Shown here: one piece after another, positions 11,679 to 22,252 of the stretch
How positions within the stretch are numbered: position 1 is the first letter of the stretch
How the letters are laid out: each line of letters starts with the position of its first letter
Source of the DNA: an uncultured bacterium
GTDB lineage: Bacteria > Verrucomicrobiota > Verrucomicrobiia > Limisphaerales > UBA8199
Length of the DNA stretch: 64,000 nt
Reading direction: 5' to 3'
Assembly: GCA_963749495.1 (NCBI GenBank)
Contig: CAVVMW010000001.1
Coordinates: forward strand, 416,001-480,000
Made by a program: the position numbers and the translations under genes
The notes under the pieces: model-generated
What the model saw: only the letters and a program-made list of their open reading frames with translations
Databases searched by the model: none
Told to the model about the DNA's origin: nothing

Positions 11679-13269
11679 TCAGAATTTGCGCACGCTCAAT
11701 TGATAGCCAACGCGCTCCTGCTTGTCCACCTCGATACCGGTGATCTTCCAGGACTGGTCCCCGCGGCGGATGCGGAGCAGGGCCTCGTAGGCATTGATGC
11801 GCGTGTGGATGTGCCCCCAGTGCTCGACTGTGCCCGTGACGCGCCACTTGACGTTCGCGCTGTAGGAGCCCGGCCGCGAATCCGCGATGGTGCTGTCGAG
11901 GAGGCTCGACGCTCTGGACCTGCGAGACGGCGCCCCCCTGTTCCTGCATCAGCAAGCCCGCGTGTATCTTCAGGTAGGTCTCCGCGAGCAGCTCGCCTTC
12001 GACGCTGCGCGCCAAGGCATCATAAACGACCTTTTCATCCCGGTAATCAAAGGCGCGGTAGATATTTTTCAACAAGGTCTGGGCGATGCTCACGCGCGTC
12101 TTTTCATCGGGGTCTTTGGCCAGCACCGGGGCGATCTCGGGCAGCGGCGGCAGCCCGGGATTGTTCCAGGTGAACGTCGGTTGATAGCGGGTGAATCGAC
12201 ATCGCTTGGCGTCCTGGCCCGCGAACACCGCGGCGCGCGCGCTCGGGACCTGGGCGTTGAACAAATCCCAGGTGATGGCGACCTGGTTGGGCAGACCCTT
12301 GGTGCTGTAGGCAAGGATGACGCCCAGGCGCGCCGTCCACGCGCTCAACCGGCGCGGCTCGGCAGCCACGGCGAAGTCCTTGAAATCCACCCCGTAGAAA
12401 TCCAGCCGCCGCACGACCGGCCGCACTTCCAGGCCATCGATGACCACCTGGTTATGGCTGCCAAAGAATTCCTTCAGCGCCGGCAAGGCGGCCTGCTGTT
12501 CCGCCACTTCGAGGAAATTGCGATCTTTGCGCGGCATCTCCGTCCAGGTCTCCAACGTGAGCAAGGGCATCAGGATTTCGACGCGGACCTCCGCCGGCTC
12601 GACGTACAGGAAGGCGTAGATAGCGCCATAACTCTCGATGCCCATGTCGCCCGGGGCCTGACTCACCACCGTCTCGGAGTTGGTGCCGGCCTGGTCCTTG
12701 GGCAGGCCGGCCCCCGACCAGTCGAACTCAAACGTGTGAACGTCTCCCTCGCCGCTCAAGATAGCCGTCCGCGGGAGCGCGCTGCCGGCCTGGCGGACGG
12801 AAAGCTGCATGATCGACGGCAGGAATGTGCCGCTGCCGCTGCCGATTCGCTGTTGAAATGTGAGATACCCCGGCGGTTTGGCAACCGGGTAAGCCAAATG
12901 ATAGACGACCTTGGTCTGCATCAAGTCTTCCACCAATACGCCGCGCTCGGGTATCGCGGGCGGCTCAATGCTCTCGAGCTTGCCCGACAGGAGCTGTCCA
13001 TCCCGGTCGCGGATCATGAAATCCCGCAGCAAGAGGTCGGTGTGCCTCTTCATGCCTTCCTCGATGTTGGCCTTGGAGATGTAGTTGCTCTGGTTGACGG
13101 TATAGCCGTAGAGCATCACGAAGTCCTCACACATCACCTCGATGCGGGCGGCAACCTTGTCGCGGCCCACCTCGACGGCGCCGCTGGTGAGCGAGATCGG
13201 GTGCGCCCCGGTCTGTATCGCCGCCAGGCACCACAGGCAGAGGGCCACCAGCCACGTGTAACGGTTCAG
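11679..13269 (-). CDS. Secreted uncharacterised protein with C-terminal VEHWGHIH motif; +1 frameshift near 11903
   Basis: Signal peptide ending GA-HP, preceded by an AGGAGG RBS (start codon unclear, CTG). After correcting one extra G the C-terminus reads WRVTGTVEHWGHIHTRINAYEA...VRKF* with TGA at 11679-11681. Confidence 0.75.
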
Positions 13270-13338
13270 GCGAACCTCCTTTCGCCTTTGTAAATGGACT
13301 GGAACCGTGAGCCGGATGGGCATGCCTGCCGCGCTTGC

Positions 13339-13418
13339 GTTTTGGACTGCGGCAGTCCTCTGCCGCTTTTTGAACCCAGGGGACGCGAAAGCGGCAGAAG
13401 ACTGCCGCAGTCCAAAAC
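13339..13418. repeat. Dispersed REP-like doublet, family A, copy 1
   Basis: GTTTTGGACTGCGGCAGTCCTCTGCCGCTTT...AAAGCGGCAGAAGACTGCCGCAGTCCAAAAC; other copies at 51826 and 59225. Confidence 0.9.
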
Positions 13419-13502
13419 CTTCGGGCTGGCGGCGGTCCATGGGAAGGCCCTTGGTGCAGACCTGAGGTCTGCCCCACACCGGAACAGGCAGCGGGCGCGG
13501 GT

Positions 13503-16500
13503 TCACGGGCGCTCGGCCCGCAGCGAGACCACGCTCCAGGCGGGCACGGGGATTTGTTCCGGCGCCTTCTGCCCCGCGACTTCGGCCACGTCGGTGTACG
13601 AAACCGAGAGCGGTTGGGTCCAAAGGAGGCGGGCCTTCTCGTCGTGGCCGGAGGCGCCATACAACCGGAGGATCCAGGCCCTGCCGTCCTCGCTGGGCTT
13701 GAGGGCTGATACGACGACACCGTCGGATTCGATCCGCACCGGGGACTGCACGGGGGCCTCACCCGCGGCCGGCATGGCAATCAACAGTTCGGTGGCCTCG
13801 ATGCCGAAATGGGCTGCCGCGATGGGGTCGTAAGCCCGATGCGGCCGAATCGCGTACCGGAACGTGGTCGGCCCTTCCTGCTCGGCCCGGTAATTGGTGT
13901 GCCAATGGTTGTTCATCACCCACGAGTACAATTTGGGGGAATGCTTGATGGTCTTCAGGTAAGCCTTGGGGTCCGGCTGTGTTCGCAGCAGGTTCGCCGT
14001 CAATCCGCCCATCTCGACCAGCGGCGCATCCACCGTCGCCCAGGTCACGCCATAATCCGCATTGGCAACGTCCACCCAGCGTTCCACGCAGAACCAGTTC
14101 TTGCACGCGCCGGGAAGCTGATCGATCTCCGGCTCGACCACCGCCAGCGGGCTGTTGATCCGCACCGTTGCCCCCGGCACGTTGAACTCGAACCCGAAGT
14201 GCAGCCCTTCCGCAGAGCGCACCGGCAGCTTGTCCACCTCATCGATCAACTCAACTCTGTCCAGGCCGTCCACGACGCGCACTTCACGCGCCAGGCGCCG
14301 GCAGGAGGGGGCCTCCGACTCGACCAGCAGGGAGGCTACGAGAGGTCCTGCCTCCTTCACGCTGATCTTGGCCGGGCCGCAGGACTTCACGTCCTTGAGG
14401 TTGGCCCCGGGCAGGTAAATGTACTCGTTGAGTTTGCCGCCGGCCAACTCCGCGTCCAGACCCTGCTGGCGCAGGCTGATGATAGCGCCCGTGGTTTCAT
14501 CCAGCTTCACCGTGAATAAAGGCGTGCTGAGGGTTGTGCCGGTTGCGCTGGCGCGGCAGGCCGCCGCCGCGGCGCCGCCTTCGACCCGATAGCGTTTGGC
14601 GCCCAGGGCGGGCACGTCCCGCGCCAGAAAGACCAGTTCGCCGCCGGCCAGCCGCTGGGAGGGAACTGGCTGACCCTGCGTGTCTTTCACCGCGTCGCCT
14701 TGGGTTTCTCTGGGCAGGGTCACCAGGTCAGTGCGCGGCCACGAGGCGGTGTTGAACACGTCGAATTCGGAGGAACTCCCTGCCGCCGGGGTTCCGGCAT
14801 CTGCGGCGCGGGGCCTCGAAATCCTGGCCAAAAGGGCGCGCGATTGGCCGTCGGCGTCGAGCGCGTAGGCCTGTTTGAATTTCCACTGGGTCTTGACGAA
14901 CTCGAGGTCCGGCTGGCTGACGCTATTGTAGGCGCCCCAGGTGTGTTCGCTGTAGAGCGCCACGTTCTTCCAGGCCTCGCCGAATTGCGCGGCGGGGAAC
15001 GTGGCCGGGCTGAGCAGGGCCCAGAGCGATTCAGCCTGCGACAGGCGGTCGGCTGAATGGCGGTTCAACGCGGTTTCCCGGGAGGAGGAGGGCGCGCCAT
15101 CTTCCCAGTAGGGTGTGAAATCGCCGCGGAAAGCGGGGATCTTGCCGGCGTACCGCTTCTCGAATTCATGGAACATCTCGCTGGTGGTGGCAATGACCAG
15201 GCGCGGCGAGGCGTACTTCGCGTTCCAGTCGCGCACTTGCTTCATGACCCGCTCGTCGGCGCTTCCGTTGTCGCCCTTGGACCACCTAATTTGGACGAGG
15301 TCGTACGGGTAACCGGCGTCCTCGAGTTGTTTCAAGTCCTGCCGGACGGCGTCGGGCAGCAGGTCCACCGTGTGCCCGAAGGCGTAGCCGAAGTAAGGCG
15401 CCCAGTAGAGCACCTTGTCTTTGCCATTGGGCCCCACCCAGTAGAAGGGCCGGTCTTCCCAGGTGACCCGCGTCCAGCCGATGCGGTCCAGGTAGTTCGG
15501 GCCGTCGGAAATGTACTTCACGCCGGCCTGGCTCAACGCCGTAACGAGGCCCCAGGTCAACCCGGGCACGTCGCTGATCATCATGGAATCAACGTTCACA
15601 CCGCAATGTTGCCCGAGCGCCTTTGCGAACATGAGCTGGTGAATCAATTCCTCACCCCGGGAAATGCCCGTCAACAGGTTGCCATACATGGCGTCCAGGC
15701 CAATGTAGCCGTCCCGCACGGCCTGCTCGAATTGGCGCTTCTGCTCCGGGGTGGCGCTGGCCCAGAATTGATCGTAGGTCCACTGGACCTCGACGTTCCA
15801 CCTGAACTTCGCCTCTGCGGGGTAGTCCTTGGTCTCCTGGATGAGTTCGAGGGCTCGGGCAACGTTATGGGCCTGCTTGGCGGCGATGTGCGGCTGGATG
15901 TCCGTGTAACCGATGTCCACGTGGGAGTGCATGAGGATATAGACGACCCACGGGCGCACCGGCTCCAGTTCCACCTCTTTTTGCGCCAGCACCTCCGTGC
16001 CGACGGCTACGCTCACGGGGACCGTCTCCGTGGCCGTCACCGCCGCCGCGAAGACCTCGACCGATTGCGAGCCCGGGCGGAGCTGGACCTTCTCCGGCTC
16101 CTGGCCGCCAACGCGCACCGTCGCCTCGACCGGTTGCCCAACGTGACGAATACTGGCGGTGACCACGTGGGCGGGTTTGCCGTCGCGCCACGCCAGGGTG
16201 CTGCGGCTGGCAGCGATCCCGGTCACCACTGTGCGGTCGTGCAACGACGCGAGCCTGGTGTCGGCGGGCGCCTCGAACTGCACGGCGTCCCACAACACCC
16301 ACGAGCCGGTCAGCGTCGTGATGGCGATGCGGTTCTCGCCCGCCTTGAGCGTCCCGGCCGGCACATCCAGGCTCACCACATAAGGACGGCCCTTGGAGGG
16401 CTCGCCAAAAACCGAAGCGTCGCCTGCGCCGGGAGGCGTCTGGTACTCGCGCGCCAACTCGTTGACCTCCACGCGCAGCCTCGGCGGGCGGGTCGAGTGC

Positions 16501-16841
16501 GTGTCCGCGAAATCCAGCTCCAGCCGGCAGGCCTCCGCCGGCGCGCTCTCCAGGCCAAAGAAGATCTCGAACGTCTGCGGCGTGCCCGGCGCCCAGCCGC
16601 CATCAGCCGCCCCCGGTTGCACATAAGGCCAGTCCCGCTTCGCGTCAGATTGCCCCACGATATACACCCCCGGCTGCCGGTAACCCTGGTAATCTTTGGG
16701 CCCGAGGGCGAACTCGGCCGTATTGGTGTCCTTGGTGCCAATGGACCATAGCAAGGTCGCGGCCGGGGACGTGGTGGCGGCCGCCGCGGCCATCAGCAGC
16801 CCAAGAATTGTTGGATGAGCGGAGCTTAAGAGACTCTTCAT
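13503..16841 (-). CDS. GH38-like glycoside hydrolase with N-terminal PL4 domain III-like (CBM-like) module
   Basis: Signal peptide; LWSIG...EFALGP...DWPYVQPG module; HSHVDIGYTD, MISDVPG, PFYWVGPNG, YSEHTWG, VMNNHWHTNY. Confidence 0.85.
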   Translation of the reverse strand: MKSLLSSAHPTILGLLMAAAAATTSPAATLLWSIGTKDTNTAEFALGPKDYQGYRQPGVYIVGQSDAKRDWPYVQPGAADGGWAPGTPQTFEIFFGLESAPAEACRLELDFADTHSTRPPRLRVEVNELAREYQTPPGAGDASVFGEPSKGRPYVVSLDVPAGTLKAGENRIAITTLTGSWVLWDAVQFEAPADTRLASLHDRTVVTGIAASRSTLAWRDGKPAHVVTASIRHVGQPVEATVRVGGQEPEKVQLRPGSQSVEVFAAAVTATETVPVSVAVGTEVLAQKEVELEPVRPWVVYILMHSHVDIGYTDIQPHIAAKQAHNVARALELIQETKDYPAEAKFRWNVEVQWTYDQFWASATPEQKRQFEQAVRDGYIGLDAMYGNLLTGISRGEELIHQLMFAKALGQHCGVNVDSMMISDVPGLTWGLVTALSQAGVKYISDGPNYLDRIGWTRVTWEDRPFYWVGPNGKDKVLYWAPYFGYAFGHTVDLLPDAVRQDLKQLEDAGYPYDLVQIRWSKGDNGSADERVMKQVRDWNAKYASPRLVIATTSEMFHEFEKRYAGKIPAFRGDFTPYWEDGAPSSSRETALNRHSADRLSQAESLWALLSPATFPAAQFGEAWKNVALYSEHTWGAYNSVSQPDLEFVKTQWKFKQAYALDADGQSRALLARISRPRAADAGTPAAGSSSEFDVFNTASWPRTDLVTLPRETQGDAVKDTQGQPVPSQRLAGGELVFLARDVPALGAKRYRVEGGAAAAACRASATGTTLSTPLFTVKLDETTGAIISLRQQGLDAELAGGKLNEYIYLPGANLKDVKSCGPAKISVKEAGPLVASLLVESEAPSCRRLAREVRVVDGLDRVELIDEVDKLPVRSAEGLHFGFEFNVPGATVRINSPLAVVEPEIDQLPGACKNWFCVERWVDVANADYGVTWATVDAPLVEMGGLTANLLRTQPDPKAYLKTIKHSPKLYSWVMNNHWHTNYRAEQEGPTTFRYAIRPHRAYDPIAAAHFGIEATELLIAMPAAGEAPVQSPVRIESDGVVVSALKPSEDGRAWILRLYGASGHDEKARLLWTQPLSVSYTDVAEVAGQKAPEQIPVPAWSVVSLRAERP

Positions 16842-17069
16842 AACGGTGCCGAAGCGGTTCTGACGTTGCAATGCTGGCAGCCGGTTGAAATCCCTCTGTT
16901 TCGAGCGATGAGCAGGCTGCCGATACCCGGATTGTCTCGAAACCCACGGGCCATCGTCAATCGAAAACCGTTCGCGCCCGCAAGGCCTCAGTGAAAAAGG
17001 GAGCGGCACGGGGGCAGACCCCTCACCCCGGCCCTCTCGGTCCACGGTTCGGGGGGTGGGAATCATCGC

Positions 17070-17267
17070 GCGTCGCGTAGCGACGCAGTGAGGGTAGCCG
17101 TGGACCTCGGTCCACGGTTCAGGGCGTAGGAATGGTCATGCGTCGCGTAGCGACGCCTGACAGCGTCGCGATTTTCAGGCGTCGCAACGCGAGGCAACGC
17201 GGTCGAGCTTGGGCCATCGGTCCGTGGACTGGAAGTCCACGGCTACCATCGGGCACCGCTACGCGGT
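17070..17267. repeat. Long palindromic element (REPIN-like)
   Basis: Two GCGTCGCGTAGCGACGC palindromes and GGTAGCCGTGGAC/GTCCACGGCTACC arms. Confidence 0.8.
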
Positions 17268-17319
17268 GAGCCAGGGGGACTCCGTCTCCGCCTTCACGGA
17301 CCGGTTTCTCGCCCCCGGC

Positions 17320-18111
17320 TCACCACCACAGCGCGTTGATGTCGGACCAACCCGATTGGTACTTCGGGTCCGTATCGTATTGGCGTGGAAAGTGCCAGTA
17401 TTGCACGTGGCCGTCCCCGAAGAGCATGTTCATCCAGCGGCGCCCCTTGTAATTGTGCCAGTCATCATGGGGATCGTTGACGCCGCGGTTGGGATGCCAG
17501 GGCCAATCGCCGCAGATGATCTTGGTGCTGGGCCGCATGGCGACGTCGCCGGCCTTGAGGGCTGGCGATTGGGCAGGGTAAACCGAATCACCTGTGACGT
17601 GTTTTGTGCCGGCAAAGTCGCCGGCCCATTCCACCAGGTAGCTGTTGCCCCAGCCGTCCCAACACGTCTTGGGCACGGGATTCAACCCGTCGCCGTGATC
17701 GGCTGGGCAGTGGAAAGCGCCCGTGTTGGGGGCATATTTGTTGAGCGGCCGGTTGGTCTCCCATTGGTCGCCTCCGTACGTATTGGCATAATTGCCCAGG
17801 TAAGGCGTGGTTGGCCGCTGCCCTCCGAACGCCGCCCAGCCATCGTGGTAGGGGTAGCTGTCCCGATAATCCTGGGTGTACATGTGAAAGCCGAGACTGA
17901 TTTGGTGCTCGTTGCTGTAACATTGGGCCTGAAGGCCCTTGGCCTTGGCGCGCGCCAGCGCCGGCAACAACATCGCCGCCAGGATGGCAATGATGGCGAT
18001 GACAACCAGCAATTCGATGAGCGTAAATGCCGCCGAGGTTCCACTTCCAGCGAAGGATGATGGGACGGCCGGTTTGCCGGCCCGGATTGGACAGCGGTCT
18101 TGGCTTCGCAT
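17320..18111 (-). CDS. Prepilin-type N-terminal cleavage/methylation protein with H-X9-DG-type C-terminus
   Basis: [50 protein letters not shown]. Confidence 0.92.
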   Translation of the reverse strand: MRSQDRCPIRAGKPAVPSSFAGSGTSAAFTLIELLVVIAIIAILAAMLLPALARAKAKGLQAQCYSNEHQISLGFHMYTQDYRDSYPYHDGWAAFGGQRPTTPYLGNYANTYGGDQWETNRPLNKYAPNTGAFHCPADHGDGLNPVPKTCWDGWGNSYLVEWAGDFAGTKHVTGDSVYPAQSPALKAGDVAMRPSTKIICGDWPWHPNRGVNDPHDDWHNYKGRRWMNMLFGDGHVQYWHFPRQYDTDPKYQSGWSDINALWW

Positions 18112-18370
18112 ATTGAATTTGGCTCCAGATTGAAACAACCTGGCGGAGTCGCCACTCCGCCGCTTTAAGCGATCAGTCGCGTTCCTCGTAGCTTAATCGT
18201 TTGGTTCATCTCCTGCAAGCAGCGAATCCTCTCACCGGCAATTTCGGAAGCCAGGCCGGACTCGGCTTTGTGGGGGACACCCCTGAAAAAGTGGGAGCGG
18301 GTGAAGGGAAGCGAACCCTGATGAAGGTTTGTCGCCAAAATGATCGCCCTTCGTAATGAGCCTCGCCCGC

Positions 18371-18676
18371 TTATTTCAGCGTCTGTTCGGCAAGAATCTT
18401 TTCGAACGCCTCATAGATCGTGGATCGCGGTCCTGCGGCCACCAAGGTTAGCGCGGGACCCTGGGTTGTGGCGCTGACGCTGTAAATCACGCGGTAGATT
18501 CGAACACGCAACCGACAGCAGCCGTGGAGCCGGCCTTCCAGCGTCCGCAGGTCCAACCTGCCGGTTTTGCCCTCAGCCAGCTTTTTGATCGCCTGCCGAA
18601 GCGCCTGGCGTGGCTCGGGCGCCAGCGACTTTATGAATGCCTGGGCTTGAGGCATCCAGAGCGTTTTATATTTCAT
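18371..18676 (-). CDS. Type II TA toxin, RelE/ParE family
   Basis: 101 aa basic protein, RLRVRIYRVIY...GPRSTIY; overlaps the upstream antitoxin. Confidence 0.85.
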   Translation of the reverse strand: MKYKTLWMPQAQAFIKSLAPEPRQALRQAIKKLAEGKTGRLDLRTLEGRLHGCCRLRVRIYRVIYSVSATTQGPALTLVAAGPRSTIYEAFEKILAEQTLK

Positions 18677-18914
18677 CCGGTTCGAACGGCTTGGGCTTTA
18701 TCCTGCCGGACTCATAGTCCCGGATTGACCTCATTGCGCTTTCGTCTGCCATGATCTCCAGGGTCTCCAGAATCGCCTCCATCCGCTCTCTGGAGACGAC
18801 AAACGCCACCGTGCGGCCGTGCCGGCAAACGGCGACGCTCCCGTTTCGTTCGGCGCGCTTGACCACCTGGGGCGCCTGGTCCTGAAGTTCACTGATACTT
18901 ACAGTAGAATTCAT
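18666..18914 (-). CDS. Type II TA antitoxin, Phd/YefM family
   Basis: TVSISELQDQAPQVVKRAE...VAVCRHGR...EAILETLEIM. Confidence 0.88.
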   Translation of the reverse strand: MNSTVSISELQDQAPQVVKRAERNGSVAVCRHGRTVAFVVSRERMEAILETLEIMADESAMRSIRDYESGRIKPKPFEPDEI

Positions 18915-18951
18915 TCCGATTCTCTGTACGACAACCTTTCCTGTTTGTCAA
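18900..18951 (-). promoter_or_regulatory. Putative TA promoter/operator
   Basis: TTGACA-17 nt-TACAGA. An imperfect palindrome TACAGTAGAAT...ATTCTCTGTA overlaps the -10 and the start codon. Confidence 0.45.
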
Positions 18952-19220
18952 CGCCTCCATGCGCGGGACCACGCTGGCCGGGGCCACGTCGTCACCCGGT
19001 TCAAGCACGATGCCCGCGTAGTCGCCGGGTGAATGGTTCCGAACCTCCTGGAACTCCTGGCCCAGATCAACGCCCCGCCGGAGCGCTACGGGCAGGAGAT
19101 TCGCCAATCGGGGCAGGAAGAGGCCAGGCTAAATGCGCATGATCAAAGTGCGCCAGAAAATCTCCGGCTGCTTTCGAACCTTGAGAGGGACGCGGATGTT
19201 CTGTCGCATCCGGAGCTAGC

Positions 19221-21758
19221 CTATTGCCGCCAGACCGCCCGCCAAAATTGGCGGCTCGCGGTGCCGATCACCGTGTTCGTAATATTGGCAGACGACAACG
19301 CCAGGACATTGGTCGAGACGCTGGTCCAAGCGACCAGGTTGGTCGAGGTTTGTATCCAATAGGTCTGGCCTGAGATGCCCGAAAGCTGCAGGACAAACGA
19401 ACCGGACGCGGGTGCCGGTGGCACCACGGCCAGGGACGGCGCGGTGGCATTGTTCAATTGAACGGAATCGATGTAAAAAGTCGTCGCTCCGGAGAGGGTG
19501 GGCCAGAACCAGAAACCCTGGCAGTTGGTGACGTTCGCCACTCCCAGGGCGGAGAGCGGGATGTCAAACTGCGTCCAGGTATTCACCGGCAGGGCGGGCA
19601 GGTTATAGATGGCTTGGTAAGCCTGGGTCACCACTCCCATCACCTGCGGCCCTTGCGCGCCCGCCTCGCCGCCGTTGATCCAAAAGCTCAGGCTCGAGTA
19701 GGGCGAGGTGTTGAAATCGTCATGATACAGTGAAAGAGCCGTATAAGGAGCGGCCGTGACACTGATGGAATAGCTGCCGGAATAAACCGGGGAGGTATTG
19801 TAATCGTTGACGGCGGTGGCCCAACTCCAGTCCTGGAATCCGTTGAGCAAGCTGTCAACGTAGATCGGCAAATTCGCGGGCGTGGCCAGAACGGTAAAGG
19901 CAGTCGCGCTCTGCGCGGTCCCGCCGGGGGTGGTGACGGCGATTGGCCCGGACGTGGCGGCGGCTGGCACGGTGGCGGTTATCTGCGTCGCCGCGTTAAC
20001 CGTGAAGCCGGCCGCGACGCCATTGAAGGTGACGGTCGTCGCCCCAGTGAAATTCCGGCCGGTGATGACAATCGCCGTTCCCGCCATGCCGCTGGAGGGA
20101 ATCGAGGAAATGACCGGCGCGGACGCCCCGCCTCCGGCGCCCGGAGTGTTGACAACAAGGTTCAAGGAGTCGGTGAGGAGGCGATTCACCGTAATCCACA
20201 GGCGCTGGCCGGCGGTATCGAGGGTCGCAAAATAATCAACGCCCGCATTGGTCAACCCGGTGCCCACAGCAATGCCGGCTGGCAACTGGCTCGAAGCATA
20301 GCCGTTGATGACCAAGACGGGGTGATCGAGAGGATAATTCGCCGCGGGCGTGAGCGTGGCATTGACCGCGTTGGTGGTGGCTGCGATTTGCCAAGTCGAG
20401 TAAGTTGGGTCATACCCGGCGGGGCTAAAGGCAATCGTTGCGGAGGAGGCGCTTCCCACTCCGGCCGGCCCGCTGGTTTCCACGGCGCCGATCGAGGCGG
20501 AAAGGCTCGCGTGGGTGACGTTCTCCATTTGGGTAACTTGTGTGCCGACGGTGCCGTTGGTGTAGCCGCCGGTGTGCGTTCCCAAAACGACAAAGACGGA
20601 ATAGGCCATGAGCATGCCGTCGGCACGGGCACCGAGGAGCGCCACCCCCACCGGATCGGTCGAGTGCTGCGAATACTGCGTAATATTGAGGTAAGGAGAA
20701 TCGCTGTAATCGCCATAGTCATCGAAACCGCCGACACTGCCGAAATTCCTTCCCCAGGTGAGGCGCTTGGAGGTAATGGGAACAGCGGCTCCGGCGGGCC
20801 ATTGGTAATTCAGGATTTGGAAAGCCCAGCTTTCGTCCGTCAGCATCGGCCCTCCCAACTGGCTCGTGTTGCGTGGATCAACGGGCGGATAAAGGCGGCT
20901 ATCGCTGCCCTGATCGCAAACGGTAATCGGAACCGTCGCCACGTGCCCCATTTCCGCATCCACCGTGGCGGGATTGGCCCATTGCATCGCGTAGGGAATG
21001 GTGTTGGCCTCGGTGTCCTTCCAGCCGGAATTCCTGGTCACTTCCTCAGGATTCGACGCCAGGGTGACAAACTTAAAAGTATCGCCATAGGAAGCTCCGC
21101 CGACGTAGGCATTGACGCCGTCGCCATCGTAGGCCATATCGCCGTAAGGCGAACGGGAATCAGCGCCGAGGTTCCCTTGCTGCACAGCTTCCAGGCCCCG
21201 GGCATCCTGGCTGATCGCGAAAATCGGATGCGAACGGCCGTCGGCGAAGAACCATTGCACGGTCGTCGGCACCGTCGCCCCGCCGATCTGGTAGTTTGGC
21301 GTGCTATAGGTGATGATGGCGTGGCTGGTTCCCTGGAGGGTCACGGTAGTGGTGCCGGGGACAAGAGGCAAGTTCGCATTGGAAAAGTCATCGCCAAAGC
21401 CGGTGTGGTTCTGCACGAATCCGTCGCCGGAGAATTCGTCCGTGCCCCCTTGGATATAGTCCGTCCCGGTGCAGACCCGGGTGGTGCCATTGACCTGGTA
21501 GGTGAGGCGCCGAAGATAACCCGGGCCTTGATACGCGCCCGTCTGGCTCTGGTTCACCATGATGGCGGTCCGTGGCAACCCGGCGCTATCCGTCCACTGC
21601 ACCGAGAGAGCGGGAAGGCCGTTATCGGAAGTGACCGAAGTCACAGTGAGAGCGGCCGAATTGTGGACCGGAAACAGCCGGGCCACGAGCAATGACGAGG
21701 CAATAACTTGCGCCATCCTTTGCCAACGATGGGAAAACAATTCACAGGTGTTGTTCAT
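19221..21758 (-). CDS. Large secreted protein: unknown N-terminal domain, IPT/TIG domain, CBM-like domain, C-terminal sorting-like domain
   Basis: Signal peptide; APVISSIP...ITGRNFTGAT (IPT/TIG); IYVDSLLNGFQDWSW...LSFWING; C-terminal YWIQTSTNLVAW...FWRA. Confidence 0.85.
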   Translation of the reverse strand: MNNTCELFSHRWQRMAQVIASSLLVARLFPVHNSAALTVTSVTSDNGLPALSVQWTDSAGLPRTAIMVNQSQTGAYQGPGYLRRLTYQVNGTTRVCTGTDYIQGGTDEFSGDGFVQNHTGFGDDFSNANLPLVPGTTTVTLQGTSHAIITYSTPNYQIGGATVPTTVQWFFADGRSHPIFAISQDARGLEAVQQGNLGADSRSPYGDMAYDGDGVNAYVGGASYGDTFKFVTLASNPEEVTRNSGWKDTEANTIPYAMQWANPATVDAEMGHVATVPITVCDQGSDSRLYPPVDPRNTSQLGGPMLTDESWAFQILNYQWPAGAAVPITSKRLTWGRNFGSVGGFDDYGDYSDSPYLNITQYSQHSTDPVGVALLGARADGMLMAYSVFVVLGTHTGGYTNGTVGTQVTQMENVTHASLSASIGAVETSGPAGVGSASSATIAFSPAGYDPTYSTWQIAATTNAVNATLTPAANYPLDHPVLVINGYASSQLPAGIAVGTGLTNAGVDYFATLDTAGQRLWITVNRLLTDSLNLVVNTPGAGGGASAPVISSIPSSGMAGTAIVITGRNFTGATTVTFNGVAAGFTVNAATQITATVPAAATSGPIAVTTPGGTAQSATAFTVLATPANLPIYVDSLLNGFQDWSWATAVNDYNTSPVYSGSYSISVTAAPYTALSLYHDDFNTSPYSSLSFWINGGEAGAQGPQVMGVVTQAYQAIYNLPALPVNTWTQFDIPLSALGVANVTNCQGFWFWPTLSGATTFYIDSVQLNNATAPSLAVVPPAPASGSFVLQLSGISGQTYWIQTSTNLVAWTSVSTNVLALSSANITNTVIGTASRQFWRAVWRQ

Positions 21759-21776
21759 AAAACCTCCGACAATATT

Positions 21777-22103
21777 TTAGCCGCACAAGGATAATTTCAA
21801 GATGACCGGGGGCACCGTATCGTAGTGGATCGTGCTTGTCGTTGAGGCGGAGTGGCCGAATTGGTCGAGCGCGGTCACCGTGACGGCGGTATCGGCGCAC
21901 TCCACGGCATTCACGGGCACCGTGGTGGAGAACGCCGGGCTTGCGCCGCAGTTGTCGCAGAGGGTGGTGGGCGGGCCGCCATCAACGGACACCGTGAGCG
22001 ACACGATGGAGTTGGTGCCAAGCACCTGGCCGCTGATTGGCACCACCGGAGCACCGGCGCAAGCGGGGGCAATGAGTTGCACCTGCGAACGGGTCGTTTT
22101 CAT
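21777..22103 (-). pseudogene. Fragment of an Ig-like surface protein
   Basis: Beta-rich segment ending HYDTVPPVI, with no signal peptide and abrupt ends. Confidence 0.45.
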
Positions 22104-22252
22104 AACAAGTTTTGCTGAGCAGACGTCAAGTCGTGGTTTTCGTCGTCGCCCGTTACAGAACGGTTTTCCGTGGGCGATTATGCGAAGTAATGAAATTTAT
22201 TCCGGCGCCTTAAGCGCCCGTCCGGAGCGCGGAATTTGTTTTTGCACGAGCG

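Noticed and set aside
11020..13623. 867-aa apparent fusion of a secreted protein to an ABC ATPase
   Set aside because: Artefact of the +1 shift near 11903; correction gives two separate genes.
18310..18350. CTGATGA as a hammerhead ribozyme or riboswitch core
   Set aside because: No properly placed GAAA or supporting stems.
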